Source: an uncultured Calditrichaceae bacterium (lineage in GTDB: Bacteria > Calditrichota > Calditrichia > Calditrichales > J004). From it: 64,000 bases of DNA. The stretch covers positions 4,110 to 68,109 of the forward strand of contig CAYWBI010000004.1 in assembly GCA_964456445.1 (NCBI GenBank). Reading direction: 5' to 3'. Under the pieces are notes generated by a model, which saw only the letters and a program-made list of their open reading frames with translations, made no database searches and was not told the DNA's origin. The number at the start of each line of letters is the position of its first letter. Position 1 is the first letter of the stretch. Of this stretch, positions 39,088 to 48,736 are shown in pieces. A program made the translations under genes and the position numbers.

Positions 39088-40851
39088 TTGTCTAATTACA
39101 GCCGCCTCATTTTCATTCTTCTGCTGACAGTCGCCACCCTTTCCGCACAAATCACTATCAGGGGTCAAAGTCAGGCATACAACCTGCAAAGTGAATTTAC
39201 AAAACAACATACATCCTGGCTTTGGCATGATAATTTTAGCGGCGTACACAGAAGCCAAAATGCCTTAAGCTGGCAATTGTTCGAATCGTTTAACAGCCAG
39301 GTTATTCTCCCCGGCAGCATAACAAGCCAATGGAAGGACGACCAAAAACTACAGGCGCTTATTTATTACAATTCCAATAGGTATCAATGGGGCTGGTATG
39401 TCAATAGTTGGCTGCAAAGCGATAAACACACCGACCGGCTAAATACCTTTTACAACCATGCCAGCGGTCTTTTTACAAAAATTGATATTGGCAAAGGGTT
39501 AGCGTTAAGCCCGTATGTGGGCTATCAGTTTTCACGCAATGTCAGCCAACACGATACCGGGTGGGACATTGGCATAGACGGTCATTTACGTCAGACAGGA
39601 AGTGGTTCATATCGTTCCGAAATCGATTTTTCTTCCAATTACGACTTTTATGACACACGGCAAAATTACAATAACAGGGCGGTGGCTTCGTTCTCATCTA
39701 AATTCAGCGCCTTTTCCAGCGATTCCCTCAGTATTGGCTATGAAGAGTCCATAAAACAGTTCTACGATAACCAGGGGAAAAACCTGATAAATGTTTCGCT
39801 CTATAACCGGAACTTTAACAATATGCTTTTTTATACCATCGGGCACCGTTCCAACTTTGTATTGCAAACCCAGGTGCTGTCCAAAAACGTATCCTTTTTT
39901 AATAAGCGGAGAAATTTTTTGATCGGAAACCGTATCGCTTATAATTATTTTGGAACTCAACTTCAATACCGTCTTGATTTCCGCACAAACGACGAAACTT
40001 TGGATACCGATGGGATACGGACCGATAGCCGAACCCGGCAAAGCGCTTTTGGCTTTACTTCCAGCTATAAGTTTAACGTTGAAAACCGCTTGCAGGTCAA
40101 TTTATCATACATCAAGCTTCAATACGATACACCAGACTCGGTTTTTAATAATGACGACCGCGACGAACAAACATATATCCTGAACCTGAATTATTATCAT
40201 CGCTTTTCGAGAGCGCTGGTTTTGAATATCAATTCCTATGGTTATTTGTTCCATCAACAGTATATTTACCGGGAACAAAGCATCAATAACCTTTGGAACC
40301 GCATCATTAAGCTGGAACCTTCTATTTCCTACCGTAACAAAAATATTATCAATCGGGTTAGCTCAAGTGTTATAGCCAATTACACCGATTATGATTTTGA
40401 CAATCTAAGCCTGCGGACACGCTCCTTTCTATTCCGAAAATATACAATCAGCGATTCCTTATCCTACAATGTAACAAACCGAACGGGCATCAGTGTTAGG
40501 GGGCGGGTGGAAATTGAAGAAAAAGGCAATTATTTTAAAGACAATTTTTCCCAAAATCTTATTCAAACCTATCAAACCGCTTATTTGACGATTTATTTGT
40601 CTCAAAAATTCTATAAACGCCTTGTGACCCAGATAGGCTTTGCACACTTTAAGCGCAGTGAATGGCGCTATATCCCAAAGAAGAAAAAAAACAGGGAGTT
40701 GAGCAACAATGGACCGTTCTTCCGGATATATTATAATTTTCCCGGCAGATTGTCCTTCAATGCTTCCGCCAATTTAAACCGGCTCGAAGATTCACAAACC
40801 AGACTCCAATTTTTCACAACAGGGGCAATGCGTTTGAACTATTCTTTTTAA
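39088..40851 (+). CDS. Putative outer-membrane beta-barrel protein
   Basis: Signal peptide ending ...LSAQ. Alternating hydrophobic, Tyr/Asn/Ser-rich strands run throughout. The C-terminus ...RLNYSF has the OMP-type terminal Phe. TTG start. No family recognised. Confidence 0.5.
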   Translation: MSNYSRLIFILLLTVATLSAQITIRGQSQAYNLQSEFTKQHTSWLWHDNFSGVHRSQNALSWQLFESFNSQVILPGSITSQWKDDQKLQALIYYNSNRYQWGWYVNSWLQSDKHTDRLNTFYNHASGLFTKIDIGKGLALSPYVGYQFSRNVSQHDTGWDIGIDGHLRQTGSGSYRSEIDFSSNYDFYDTRQNYNNRAVASFSSKFSAFSSDSLSIGYEESIKQFYDNQGKNLINVSLYNRNFNNMLFYTIGHRSNFVLQTQVLSKNVSFFNKRRNFLIGNRIAYNYFGTQLQYRLDFRTNDETLDTDGIRTDSRTRQSAFGFTSSYKFNVENRLQVNLSYIKLQYDTPDSVFNNDDRDEQTYILNLNYYHRFSRALVLNINSYGYLFHQQYIYREQSINNLWNRIIKLEPSISYRNKNIINRVSSSVIANYTDYDFDNLSLRTRSFLFRKYTISDSLSYNVTNRTGISVRGRVEIEEKGNYFKDNFSQNLIQTYQTAYLTIYLSQKFYKRLVTQIGFAHFKRSEWRYIPKKKKNRELSNNGPFFRIYYNFPGRLSFNASANLNRLEDSQTRLQFFTTGAMRLNYSF

Positions 40852-41274
40852 GCGGTGTTTTATTTAAGACATAAAAATGGTACCAAATTTTTAAATTGTT
40901 TTAATCTTTAATTTATTATAATTATGTTTACAAAATGAAACGTTAACGAAATTGCAAGGCTGAAGCAGAAACAACAACTTTTAGCAGCCAGTAAAGGCAG
41001 CTGACCATCTGTTCGAAGTTCCGTCACGGGTATTCGGTCTAAAAGAATGTACCGGTCTTTATCTTATTAACCTCGAGATGGGCAAAATCTGTGAATACGG
41101 ATTGGACTGACATGGTGTTTTATTTCTGCGTCAATCAATGGAAATCTGTGACAACAAATTTGCTTGCAGGCAAGTAAAAGGAACGCTTGCTTTCGATGCA
41201 GTATGATCAACATTGCCATTATGCGAAACCTAAACAAGAAACAACACATTTATTAAATCCGGTTGACATCTATT

Positions 41275-44200
41275 ATGTATAAAATTCAAAAATTTGCTCT
41301 TTTTTTATCCTTATTATTGCTTTACACAATTTCCGCCAGCCCTCTTCCTCAGGATATTAAATTAATATCTTCATCATCAAATTCCGATATTTATGAATAT
41401 ACCATGCATGGCCTCGCATTATCAACACAGACATTTGACGGCCGAAACTATCAAAAACCCTGGTTTAATAATGCTTCACTCTCCGATGACAGCAGTGATT
41501 TTTTGCCCGGCCGATCTTTTCTTTTCGGGCTGCCTACAACGGGGGATATCCGGGCAACAATCCTTTCTTTTAGCGAAAAAAAAATTTTTAACATCTATAT
41601 CCGCCGAGTGTCCGAAAGCCGTAACACTATAAATACACAATCCAACTTGCAAAGCGGAACAAAATTAGATGATTATAATAAATCTATTTTGGAACTGGAC
41701 GCCCCCGGCCGGTTCCGGGATATCCGTACCCGTAGTATTGTGCTAAGACCATTTATCTATGACGCCCGATCAAAAACATTAACGGTAAAAACGCGTATTC
41801 GTTTTAAAATAAGTTACAGCGGGAACCCTGAATCTAAAACGGCATGGCGTCAGCGCGGGAAACTGGATCGTTTATATCCATCGCTTCTGGTTAATTTTGA
41901 GCGCTCACAACACTGGCAGCTAACCCACAGACAAAGCTTAAAGAAGGAAGCCGTTCCCGGCAACGGTCCTTTTTATCTTTTTGAAATTGAAAAAGACGGT
42001 CTGTATAAAATTACACCCGCCGCGCTAACAGCCAATGGCGTACCGCTTAATAATACGCCTATTGATGATTTATGTATCTACAACAACAGCGGCCATAAAT
42101 TAAGCTTTGCCACCACGGTAAATGATTACAATCCGCCTTACAGCCAGCAAATTGCCACGTACGCCCATGATGGCAACAACAATGGATTGTTTGATGATGG
42201 CGACTATTTGTTGTTTTTCGCCAAAGGAGTGAACAGCTATTTTTATGAACCATCACAAACAGGCTTTCTTTTTCAGGAACACCCGTATGATACAAAAAAC
42301 CGTTTTGCCCTTTCGGTTGGCCAATCGAAGCGCCGTGCGATGCAAACGAATCCCGATGGTCCGATAAGCGGGGCTATGGTGCAGGACTATGCCACGCAAC
42401 GGTATCACCATGAAAACGATTTATACAATTTATTGAACTCCGGCCCGGACTGGTACGGTTTGCGCTTTTTTGGGTCGGCCCAGACCAAAACGATCGGTTT
42501 TGAATTGCCGGGCTCCCCACTGGCAACACAGAGTGCATCAATAGCAATTCGTTTTAAAGGCGGAACCGGTATAAAATACCTCGAGCCCTCGTACACCTAC
42601 CGCTGGACGGCCGGTTTGAACAACGATGAATTTCTGAGCAGCAGCCTTTTTTCCGGTTCAAGCGCGGTAACCTACAACCGTAGCCTATCAAACGGAACCT
42701 TAAAAAAAGGCGCCAACACATTAGCTGTCCAATTTAGCGGCTTCACGTTAAGAGGTTTAAGCAGCGAGGCCGCCGTTGCCTATTTGGATTGGTTCGACCT
42801 GACCTATAGCGCAAAAAACGAGGCAAACGCTGATTATTATGATTTTTTCACAGATAACACTACTCAGCCCATCCGCTATAAAATTACGAATTTCGGTTCG
42901 GCCAGCGATATAATTGCCCTAAATGTCACTACCGCGCAGTCTCCGCAAATATTACTCGAAAATGCAACAGCGTCAAATGGGGAACTTAATATAGACATCC
43001 CGGCGTCCACGCCGAAGGAGATCGTCTGTGCCCGCCTGGGATCTACGGCAATAAAAGAGATAACCACATTTAAAACCTACAGCCCGCGCAGCAACCTTAC
43101 CGATACCGGCAACCGCGCGGATTACCTGATTATTACCCGTAACTCGCTGCTGGATTATGGCCGGCAAATAGGCGCCTTGCGTGACAACCTGATAAGTAAG
43201 GCCGTTTCAATGGAAGATATTTATCTCTATTTCAATGCCGGTCTGCATGATCCCACGGCTATCAGAAACTTTATCCGCTATGCCTATAACAACTGGCAGG
43301 GCCCGGCGCTCTCCTATGTACTGCTTCTCGGAGACGGCCACTATGATTATCGCCACATCAGTATTACCGACAGCATTGTTGTACCTGTATTCGAAGTATT
43401 TGGCAAAGTGGAATTGGACAGCCGTGAAGTGGATCATTACTTTGCCCAATTGGAAACATCAAATAATGGCGCATCACAATCCACGATCCGGCCGTCAATT
43501 GCCCTGGGCCGTATCCCGGTGGAAAATGCCCAGGACGCCCAGGTGGCCCTGCAAAAACTGATCACCTATGACAAAAACCCACACAAAGACGGTTGGCAGC
43601 TTCAGCTTACTTTCGTCGCAGACGATACGGTTAAGACCTTTGGATCAGAAACCTGGTTGCATCAACCACAGACCGAGACCCTGATCAAGACCTCATATAT
43701 ACAAAAGTATCTCGAGAAGAAAATTTACCTGAGCGCTTATAAATCCGTGCCCGGTGGACGGCGTGTATTAAAACCCGACGCCACCAGGGACCTGCTGGAC
43801 CAAATCAACAACGGAACGCTTCTCCTGAATTATGTTGGCCATGGCTCGCCCACCACCTGGGCCGATGAAACCGTATTCAATTTCGAGCGGGATTATAACG
43901 AAGTCAATAATAGTGGCAAATATCCGTTTCTGGTGGCGGCCACCTGTGACTTTGGCGAGTTTGACAACCCGCATAATACAAGCTTCACCGAAGCATTGAT
44001 CTGGAAACCCGACGCCGGCATTATTGGCGGCCTTGTTTCTACCCGGTTGGTTTATTCACAACCCAATTCTATTTTTAACCGTTATTTTTTCAGCAAGCTC
44101 TTTCCATCTAACGGTCCCACCAATATTGTTGGGGATGCTTTTGTACAAGCGCTGCATGTAAGCAGCGGTTCAAATGTAAATGACCAAAAATTTCATTTGC

Positions 44201-45267
44201 TCGCCGACCCCACCATGCACCTTGCCGACCCCAAATTGCCCATGCAGATAGAGTCCGTTAAGCCGGACACACTTAAAGCCCTGTCCACGGTTGAGGTCAA
44301 GGCCACCATCAACGGTGGGTTATCACAAACCAGCTCCTTTACCGGCGGTGCAATAATTATTGTAAATGACGCCAAATTTGAACACGTGAACACCGGCGGT
44401 GGCAAGGGATTGGATTACAATGTCCCGGGCCCCTTGATATTTAGGGGCGAGGTCAGTGTGGACGCAGGTAAGATGACCGGTCATTTTATCGTACCGAAAT
44501 CAATCCGATACCAGAACAGAAAAACCGGGCGGATAACCATTTACGCCTGGGACGATAACAGCAATCAAACCGCGACGGCTTATGCCGATACCTTATTATT
44601 TCTTGGTTCGGCCTCGCTGACGGCGGAATCCAACGGGCCCGAAATGGATATCTTTTTCGACGGACAGGAGAATTTTTCTTCCGGCGATATCATTGCAGGT
44701 CAGCCATCCCTGATCATCCGTTTGCAGGATGAAAGCGGTATCAATGTTACCGGTCAGTTGGGGCATAAAATCCAATTGAGCATCGACGACGACACGGAGA
44801 TTGACGTTTCATCATTTTTTCAGTACGATCGTGACAGCTTCACCTCCGGTCAGGTGCGTTATGCCATCGCCGGGATAAAACAAGGTAAACACACGATCAG
44901 GGTCACCGCCTTTGACAACCTGAATAATCAAACGGTTGCACAAGCGGCTTTTATCCTTGAGGATAACCAGACGTTATACCTGGAGCGGGTTGTTAATTTC
45001 CCAAATCCATTTGCCACATCAACGTTGTTTACTTTTCAGACAAATCGGGACGGCGCGGATGCTGTCGTTAAAATTTACACCATCAATGGCCGCTTAATCC
45101 GGGAAATTGACGGCGCCTTTACCCAAACCGGGTTTAATAAAATTGAATGGAACGGCCTGGACGATGACGGCAACACCATTGCCAATGGCGTATATCTGTA
45201 TAAAATTATCCTGACGGACGGCAAGCAAAAGAGCGAGAAGGTTGAAAAATTAGTTAAAGTGGAGTGA
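41275..45267 (+). CDS. porU: T9SS sortase PorU-like (gingipain-type C25 cysteine peptidase) with a C-terminal sorting-type domain
   Basis: Catalytic His context NYVGHGSPTTW (CAT at 43840-43842). Catalytic Cys context FLVAATCDFGEF (TGT at 43945-43947). The C-terminus is NFPNPFATSTLFTF...GVYLYKI. The track ORF starts at a TTG at 41263. Confidence 0.8.
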   Translation: MYKIQKFALFLSLLLLYTISASPLPQDIKLISSSSNSDIYEYTMHGLALSTQTFDGRNYQKPWFNNASLSDDSSDFLPGRSFLFGLPTTGDIRATILSFSEKKIFNIYIRRVSESRNTINTQSNLQSGTKLDDYNKSILELDAPGRFRDIRTRSIVLRPFIYDARSKTLTVKTRIRFKISYSGNPESKTAWRQRGKLDRLYPSLLVNFERSQHWQLTHRQSLKKEAVPGNGPFYLFEIEKDGLYKITPAALTANGVPLNNTPIDDLCIYNNSGHKLSFATTVNDYNPPYSQQIATYAHDGNNNGLFDDGDYLLFFAKGVNSYFYEPSQTGFLFQEHPYDTKNRFALSVGQSKRRAMQTNPDGPISGAMVQDYATQRYHHENDLYNLLNSGPDWYGLRFFGSAQTKTIGFELPGSPLATQSASIAIRFKGGTGIKYLEPSYTYRWTAGLNNDEFLSSSLFSGSSAVTYNRSLSNGTLKKGANTLAVQFSGFTLRGLSSEAAVAYLDWFDLTYSAKNEANADYYDFFTDNTTQPIRYKITNFGSASDIIALNVTTAQSPQILLENATASNGELNIDIPASTPKEIVCARLGSTAIKEITTFKTYSPRSNLTDTGNRADYLIITRNSLLDYGRQIGALRDNLISKAVSMEDIYLYFNAGLHDPTAIRNFIRYAYNNWQGPALSYVLLLGDGHYDYRHISITDSIVVPVFEVFGKVELDSREVDHYFAQLETSNNGASQSTIRPSIALGRIPVENAQDAQVALQKLITYDKNPHKDGWQLQLTFVADDTVKTFGSETWLHQPQTETLIKTSYIQKYLEKKIYLSAYKSVPGGRRVLKPDATRDLLDQINNGTLLLNYVGHGSPTTWADETVFNFERDYNEVNNSGKYPFLVAATCDFGEFDNPHNTSFTEALIWKPDAGIIGGLVSTRLVYSQPNSIFNRYFFSKLFPSNGPTNIVGDAFVQALHVSSGSNVNDQKFHLLADPTMHLADPKLPMQIESVKPDTLKALSTVEVKATINGGLSQTSSFTGGAIIIVNDAKFEHVNTGGGKGLDYNVPGPLIFRGEVSVDAGKMTGHFIVPKSIRYQNRKTGRITIYAWDDNSNQTATAYADTLLFLGSASLTAESNGPEMDIFFDGQENFSSGDIIAGQPSLIIRLQDESGINVTGQLGHKIQLSIDDDTEIDVSSFFQYDRDSFTSGQVRYAIAGIKQGKHTIRVTAFDNLNNQTVAQAAFILEDNQTLYLERVVNFPNPFATSTLFTFQTNRDGADAVVKIYTINGRLIREIDGAFTQTGFNKIEWNGLDDDGNTIANGVYLYKIILTDGKQKSEKVEKLVKVE

Positions 45268-45630
45268 TAGGCCAGCCTGTTTTAGCTCTGATTTTTATGG
45301 ACCAAATGGATTTCGCTATAAATTTCGGCAAACAAAGATACTTTGACAATACAGCATCTTTGCCCATTCATTGCAGGGCACGAATTTTCTCCAGCAACCT
45401 TTCCCGTTAAAAAAGGCTTGTGCAGTAGATGGATAAAAACCCCGCACAGGTCAACCCTTGTTTTCCCTACCGGGACCAGCCGGCCCCAGTAAGGATTGGG
45501 ATCATGTTTTTATATACGGGAGTTTAGTGTTTATAAATCTGTGGAAAGCAGAAGTTGAATATCCAATCTTCAATATTCTATTTTCAGTGATTCTGTCCAT
45601 TACAGTTGCATTAAAATAAAATGCATCTTC

Positions 45631-45861
45631 TCAGCATGCTTCAATGGGCCCGCAGAAAAAAAGCTTTACATCAATTCCTTCCACCTTTTCCGGAATCACA
45701 TGCCTGAGCGATGTTTCATCTATGGAAACGCCGACGAGGATTCCGACCGCCCCATCGGCTATGGTTCCAATGCCAATTGATTCCACACCCCGTATTTGCA
45801 ACCACTGGCTTTCATATTTTTTTTTGACCGTTTTTACACGGGACAAAATTTCATTTTCCAT
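45631..45861 (-). CDS. 76-aa protein paralogous to the N-terminal domain of the adjacent serine protease
   Basis: RGVESIGIGTIADG...IPEKVEGIDVKLFFCGPIEA aligns with ANVVATGIGYKITNG...VPPSVDGILTDVFTTGPLTV of the upstream gene. Its start codon shares base 45861 with that gene's stop codon. Confidence 0.55.
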   Translation of the reverse strand: MENEILSRVKTVKKKYESQWLQIRGVESIGIGTIADGAVGILVGVSIDETSLRHVIPEKVEGIDVKLFFCGPIEAC

Positions 45862-46907
45862 TATAAACCGACATTTAATAACTCGAACACATTTTGGATG
45901 CGGTTGATGATGGTCGTATTGGAGCTTCCGGCAAAAAGCAGCCCGACAATTTCATTCTGCTCGTTTAGGATCGCCGAACCACTGTCGCCACCGGCGCTTA
46001 TATTTCCGGCCATAATCTGATCCGTAAAAGTGGCATTTTTACCCGATCCATAGTTCACAACACTTGTTACATCAATTTGCTGGATGGTTCCGTTGGTCAA
46101 ACCGGTTGTCCTCCCACTTTTTTTTATCGCCAGACCAAGCGTTCCATCGGCCACGCCTTCGATGGGGCCGATTTCCAGGATGTCATCCAAAATATCATTA
46201 TCGCTGATGGGCTTTGCTATTGCACAATCTACCTTGTTTCCGGTCGCCTGTGCAGCAGTAGAGACATCTTGTTCATCCGCATAAACGGCCATTAATCTGG
46301 ATTTCCTTCCGGCAGCGGAGGAGAGGCTGTTTAATACGGCCGCGGCGCCATTGGCCAGGGAGCATGTGCTTCCATTTCCGGGCGGTGGGGTTTCCCCATC
46401 AAATACAATCGGAATAAAATCATATAAACTGGCTATAACATCCGCCGGACGTGCACCACCGTCGGTCGGGCCTGGCTGAAGAATGTCATCACCAATATCT
46501 GCCTGATTGCTATTGGCCAACACATGATTATTGGACAAAACCATACGCATGCCATCCCTGCGTACCACACACCCGAAGGTACCGGCGGTGATCGCATAAT
46601 GTCCGATACTCACCCCACCCGGCGCGGGACGTTTACGCTCTTTATGATTTTGAAACACCGTAAGCGGTCCTGTTGTAAACACATCGGTCAATATGCCATC
46701 GACCGATGGCGGGACGCGATCGTTTACACCCAATGCGCTCACCGTTGCTTTGGACCCAACCGAACAAATTATACATATATCGTCTGTTTGACGTCCATTT
46801 GTAATTTTGTATCCTATCCCCGTAGCCACCACGTTGGCTTTTTTCATTAATTGCCGACGGGCAGAATTTAATACACCACGGACTTCTTCAATGTTCATGG
46901 CCATCAT
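45861..46907 (-). CDS. Chymotrypsin-fold (S1-type, Nal1-like) serine protease with an N-terminal pro-like domain
   Basis: Triad contexts are LSNNHVLA (H128), KVDCAIAK (D227) and AGGDSGSA (S309). KKSGRTTGLTNG is also present. The SD GGAGGTGA lies directly upstream, so the true start may be the 2nd or 4th codon. Confidence 0.75.
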   Translation of the reverse strand: MMAMNIEEVRGVLNSARRQLMKKANVVATGIGYKITNGRQTDDICIICSVGSKATVSALGVNDRVPPSVDGILTDVFTTGPLTVFQNHKERKRPAPGGVSIGHYAITAGTFGCVVRRDGMRMVLSNNHVLANSNQADIGDDILQPGPTDGGARPADVIASLYDFIPIVFDGETPPPGNGSTCSLANGAAAVLNSLSSAAGRKSRLMAVYADEQDVSTAAQATGNKVDCAIAKPISDNDILDDILEIGPIEGVADGTLGLAIKKSGRTTGLTNGTIQQIDVTSVVNYGSGKNATFTDQIMAGNISAGGDSGSAILNEQNEIVGLLFAGSSNTTIINRIQNVFELLNVGL

Positions 46908-47250
46908 TCACCTCCATTAGTATTTAAACGATTACAATCCATCGATTGATTTTGGGGGCGTCCATGCAGGTTATCCGGAATTAGCACACAAAATATGCGG
47001 AAAATCTTTCAAACCGTTTAAAAATTCTTTTTCTCTGGGAAATATCTTACGGGTTACCAGTTTCATTTGAAACAACAAAAGTCACAACCCATAATATTTT
47101 CAATCCGGGAGAAAAAAGTTTTTAACAAAAACCCTATGATTCATAAACGCCCTGCAAGGTAAAAAAGAAGCCCTGGCCAGGGGAAGAGAACAGACACAAA
47201 CAGTGTAGGAGGAAGAGATGGGTTCAAACAACACTAAAAGAAAAGCAAAA

Positions 47251-48453
47251 TCAATGAATAGCGATAAGGTCCTTGTTGTCGATCTGCCTGGCAATGCTGC
47301 GTACATAGTCCGGATCATACTTATTTGCGGCATAAAGATGGTTCAATGCCTCATCCCTCCCAAGCGCCTTAAAGGATGTATAAGCAAGAATGTGGCCTTT
47401 TGCCAATCGTGTAAGGGTTGCCTTGTCCAGTTTATTATTTTTTATGCTAAGCGCCGGAACAACCAAATTCATACCGGTTTTTACAAAATCCGGATTTTTA
47501 ATCTTATCATGGTTTTGCAAAAGAATAAGTGGCCAAAGATAACCATCATGATAATGATGCGAAGCCAACTTCCACAAATTATCACCAAATTTTGTATGCC
47601 GGGTTACCTGTTTGTAAACTTTTATTTTTTGCCCGGCAACGGCTTTGGCCGTATGGACAGGGGCTGTTTTCTTAACATTTCCTGACTGGGTTTTTGTTTC
47701 ATTCGCGGGTTGATCTGTTTTACTGGCTACCGTTGGAGCCGGTGCCGGATGATTAACCTTTGCCTGATCCGCCATGATATCTTGTGTATCATCATCGGTT
47801 TGCGTTTGAATATAAAAAAACAGAACGATAAGGATGGTCAGTACAGAGAAATATAATGCCGGTTTTCTAAGCGCCCCGGTGGTTTTTTCCAGCGGAAGGG
47901 ATTTATCCGTGTCCTTCTGATTCAAATCTGATGTTACAGTCCCGGGGCCCCTTGATGAAGGAGAGGCGTTCCCCGCAACAGGCTTTTTATCAACGGCTAT
48001 ATTTTCCGGGCCGGACTTTTGTTCGTTTGTTCCCGTTTCATTTTCCTCGGTAAATACCGTGCTAAAAAACGAACCGCTTATGTCCCTGTCGGGGGTCTTT
48101 TGGGCATGTGCATCTATACCTGAGGCCCGGGCGGGATCGATAAGCTGTGAACGTAAATGGCCGTATCTTTTATTGATTTGCTCCCTCAACGACTTTTCCG
48201 GCTTAAACATAACCTTGCGGTGCGTAGGTATAACAAGTGGCTGCCCTGTGCGGATATTGCGACCGGTCCTTTGTGGCACATCCCTCAGTTTGAAGATTCC
48301 AAAACCACTCAACGTCACCGTGCCATCACGCAAAAGCCCATCACGAATGATAAGCGCCATCTCATTGACGAAATTTCGGGTATAACTGCTTGAGGTATGA
48401 GCGTCCTCCGTGATGGTGGTTATTAAACCGGAAAAAGATATCTTATTATTCAT
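47251..48453 (-). CDS. HU-fold DNA-binding domain - TM helix - LysM-like domain fusion protein
   Basis: aa 1-95 carry the HU/IHF signature GFGIFKLRDVPQRTGRNIRTGQPLVIPTHRKVMFKP. A low-complexity linker follows. The TM helix is PALYFSVLTILIVLFFYI (aa ~198-215). The LysM-like segment is YKQVTRHTKFGDNLWKLASHHYHDGYLWPLILLQNHDKIKNPDFVKTGMNLVVP (aa ~278-333). Confidence 0.7.
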   Translation of the reverse strand: MNNKISFSGLITTITEDAHTSSSYTRNFVNEMALIIRDGLLRDGTVTLSGFGIFKLRDVPQRTGRNIRTGQPLVIPTHRKVMFKPEKSLREQINKRYGHLRSQLIDPARASGIDAHAQKTPDRDISGSFFSTVFTEENETGTNEQKSGPENIAVDKKPVAGNASPSSRGPGTVTSDLNQKDTDKSLPLEKTTGALRKPALYFSVLTILIVLFFYIQTQTDDDTQDIMADQAKVNHPAPAPTVASKTDQPANETKTQSGNVKKTAPVHTAKAVAGQKIKVYKQVTRHTKFGDNLWKLASHHYHDGYLWPLILLQNHDKIKNPDFVKTGMNLVVPALSIKNNKLDKATLTRLAKGHILAYTSFKALGRDEALNHLYAANKYDPDYVRSIARQIDNKDLIAIH

Positions 48454-48736
48454 CGCCCTGTTCCCTGTTTATTGCCTCTTTTAAGGCGCGTGCCGATATG
48501 AAATATCCCACTATTTTCCGTGGAATGAGTATCATGGCTTTTAAACGTGGATTATACCCCTTGCGATGGTTATGCTCCCGGACGCCAAAAGTGCCTAAGC
48601 CGGGAACGGAAAAACGATGATGGTCGCTCAGTTCTTTGCGAAAGCCGGAAATAACATGATTATACATGACTTTAACATTTTTTTGAGAACGTCCATTGCG
48701 TTCAGAAAGGATTTTTATGAGTTCCCGGGTATTCAT
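48446..48736 (-). CDS. HU/IHF-family DNA-binding protein (96 aa)
   Basis: MNTRELIKILSE...VPGLGTFGVREHNHRKGYNPRLK...ARALKEAIN fits the HU fold. It overlaps the downstream HU-LysM gene by 8 nt. Confidence 0.8.
   Translation of the reverse strand: MNTRELIKILSERNGRSQKNVKVMYNHVISGFRKELSDHHRFSVPGLGTFGVREHNHRKGYNPRLKAMILIPRKIVGYFISARALKEAINREQGDE

Noticed and set aside
39088-40851. Calling the 587-aa barrel PorV because it precedes porU.
   Set aside because: It is larger than the PorV size I recall (about 400 aa). I cannot see FadL/PorV-type motifs. The 410-bp gap to porU argues against tight coupling. I left it as an unclassified OMP.
40957-41005. SRP-RNA-like words (gaagcag ... agcagcc ... aaggcag) in the spacer upstream of porU.
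   Set aside because: There is no GNRA tetraloop-closed helix 8 and no flanking helix 5 pairing that I can draw. The resemblance is limited to short words.
45268-45630. The 360-bp spacer after porU has a stop-to-stop minus-strand frame of about 70 codons (…KHDPNPYWGRLVPVGKTRVDLCG…), considered as a pseudogene remnant.
   Set aside because: The frame has no start codon before the middle, no recognisable homology and no SD. I treat it as non-coding.
47171-47182. The palindrome ccctggccaggg followed on the minus strand by cttctttttt, considered as a terminator for the HU-LysM gene.
   Set aside because: Only about 4 bp can pair once a minimal loop is allowed, which is too weak to call.
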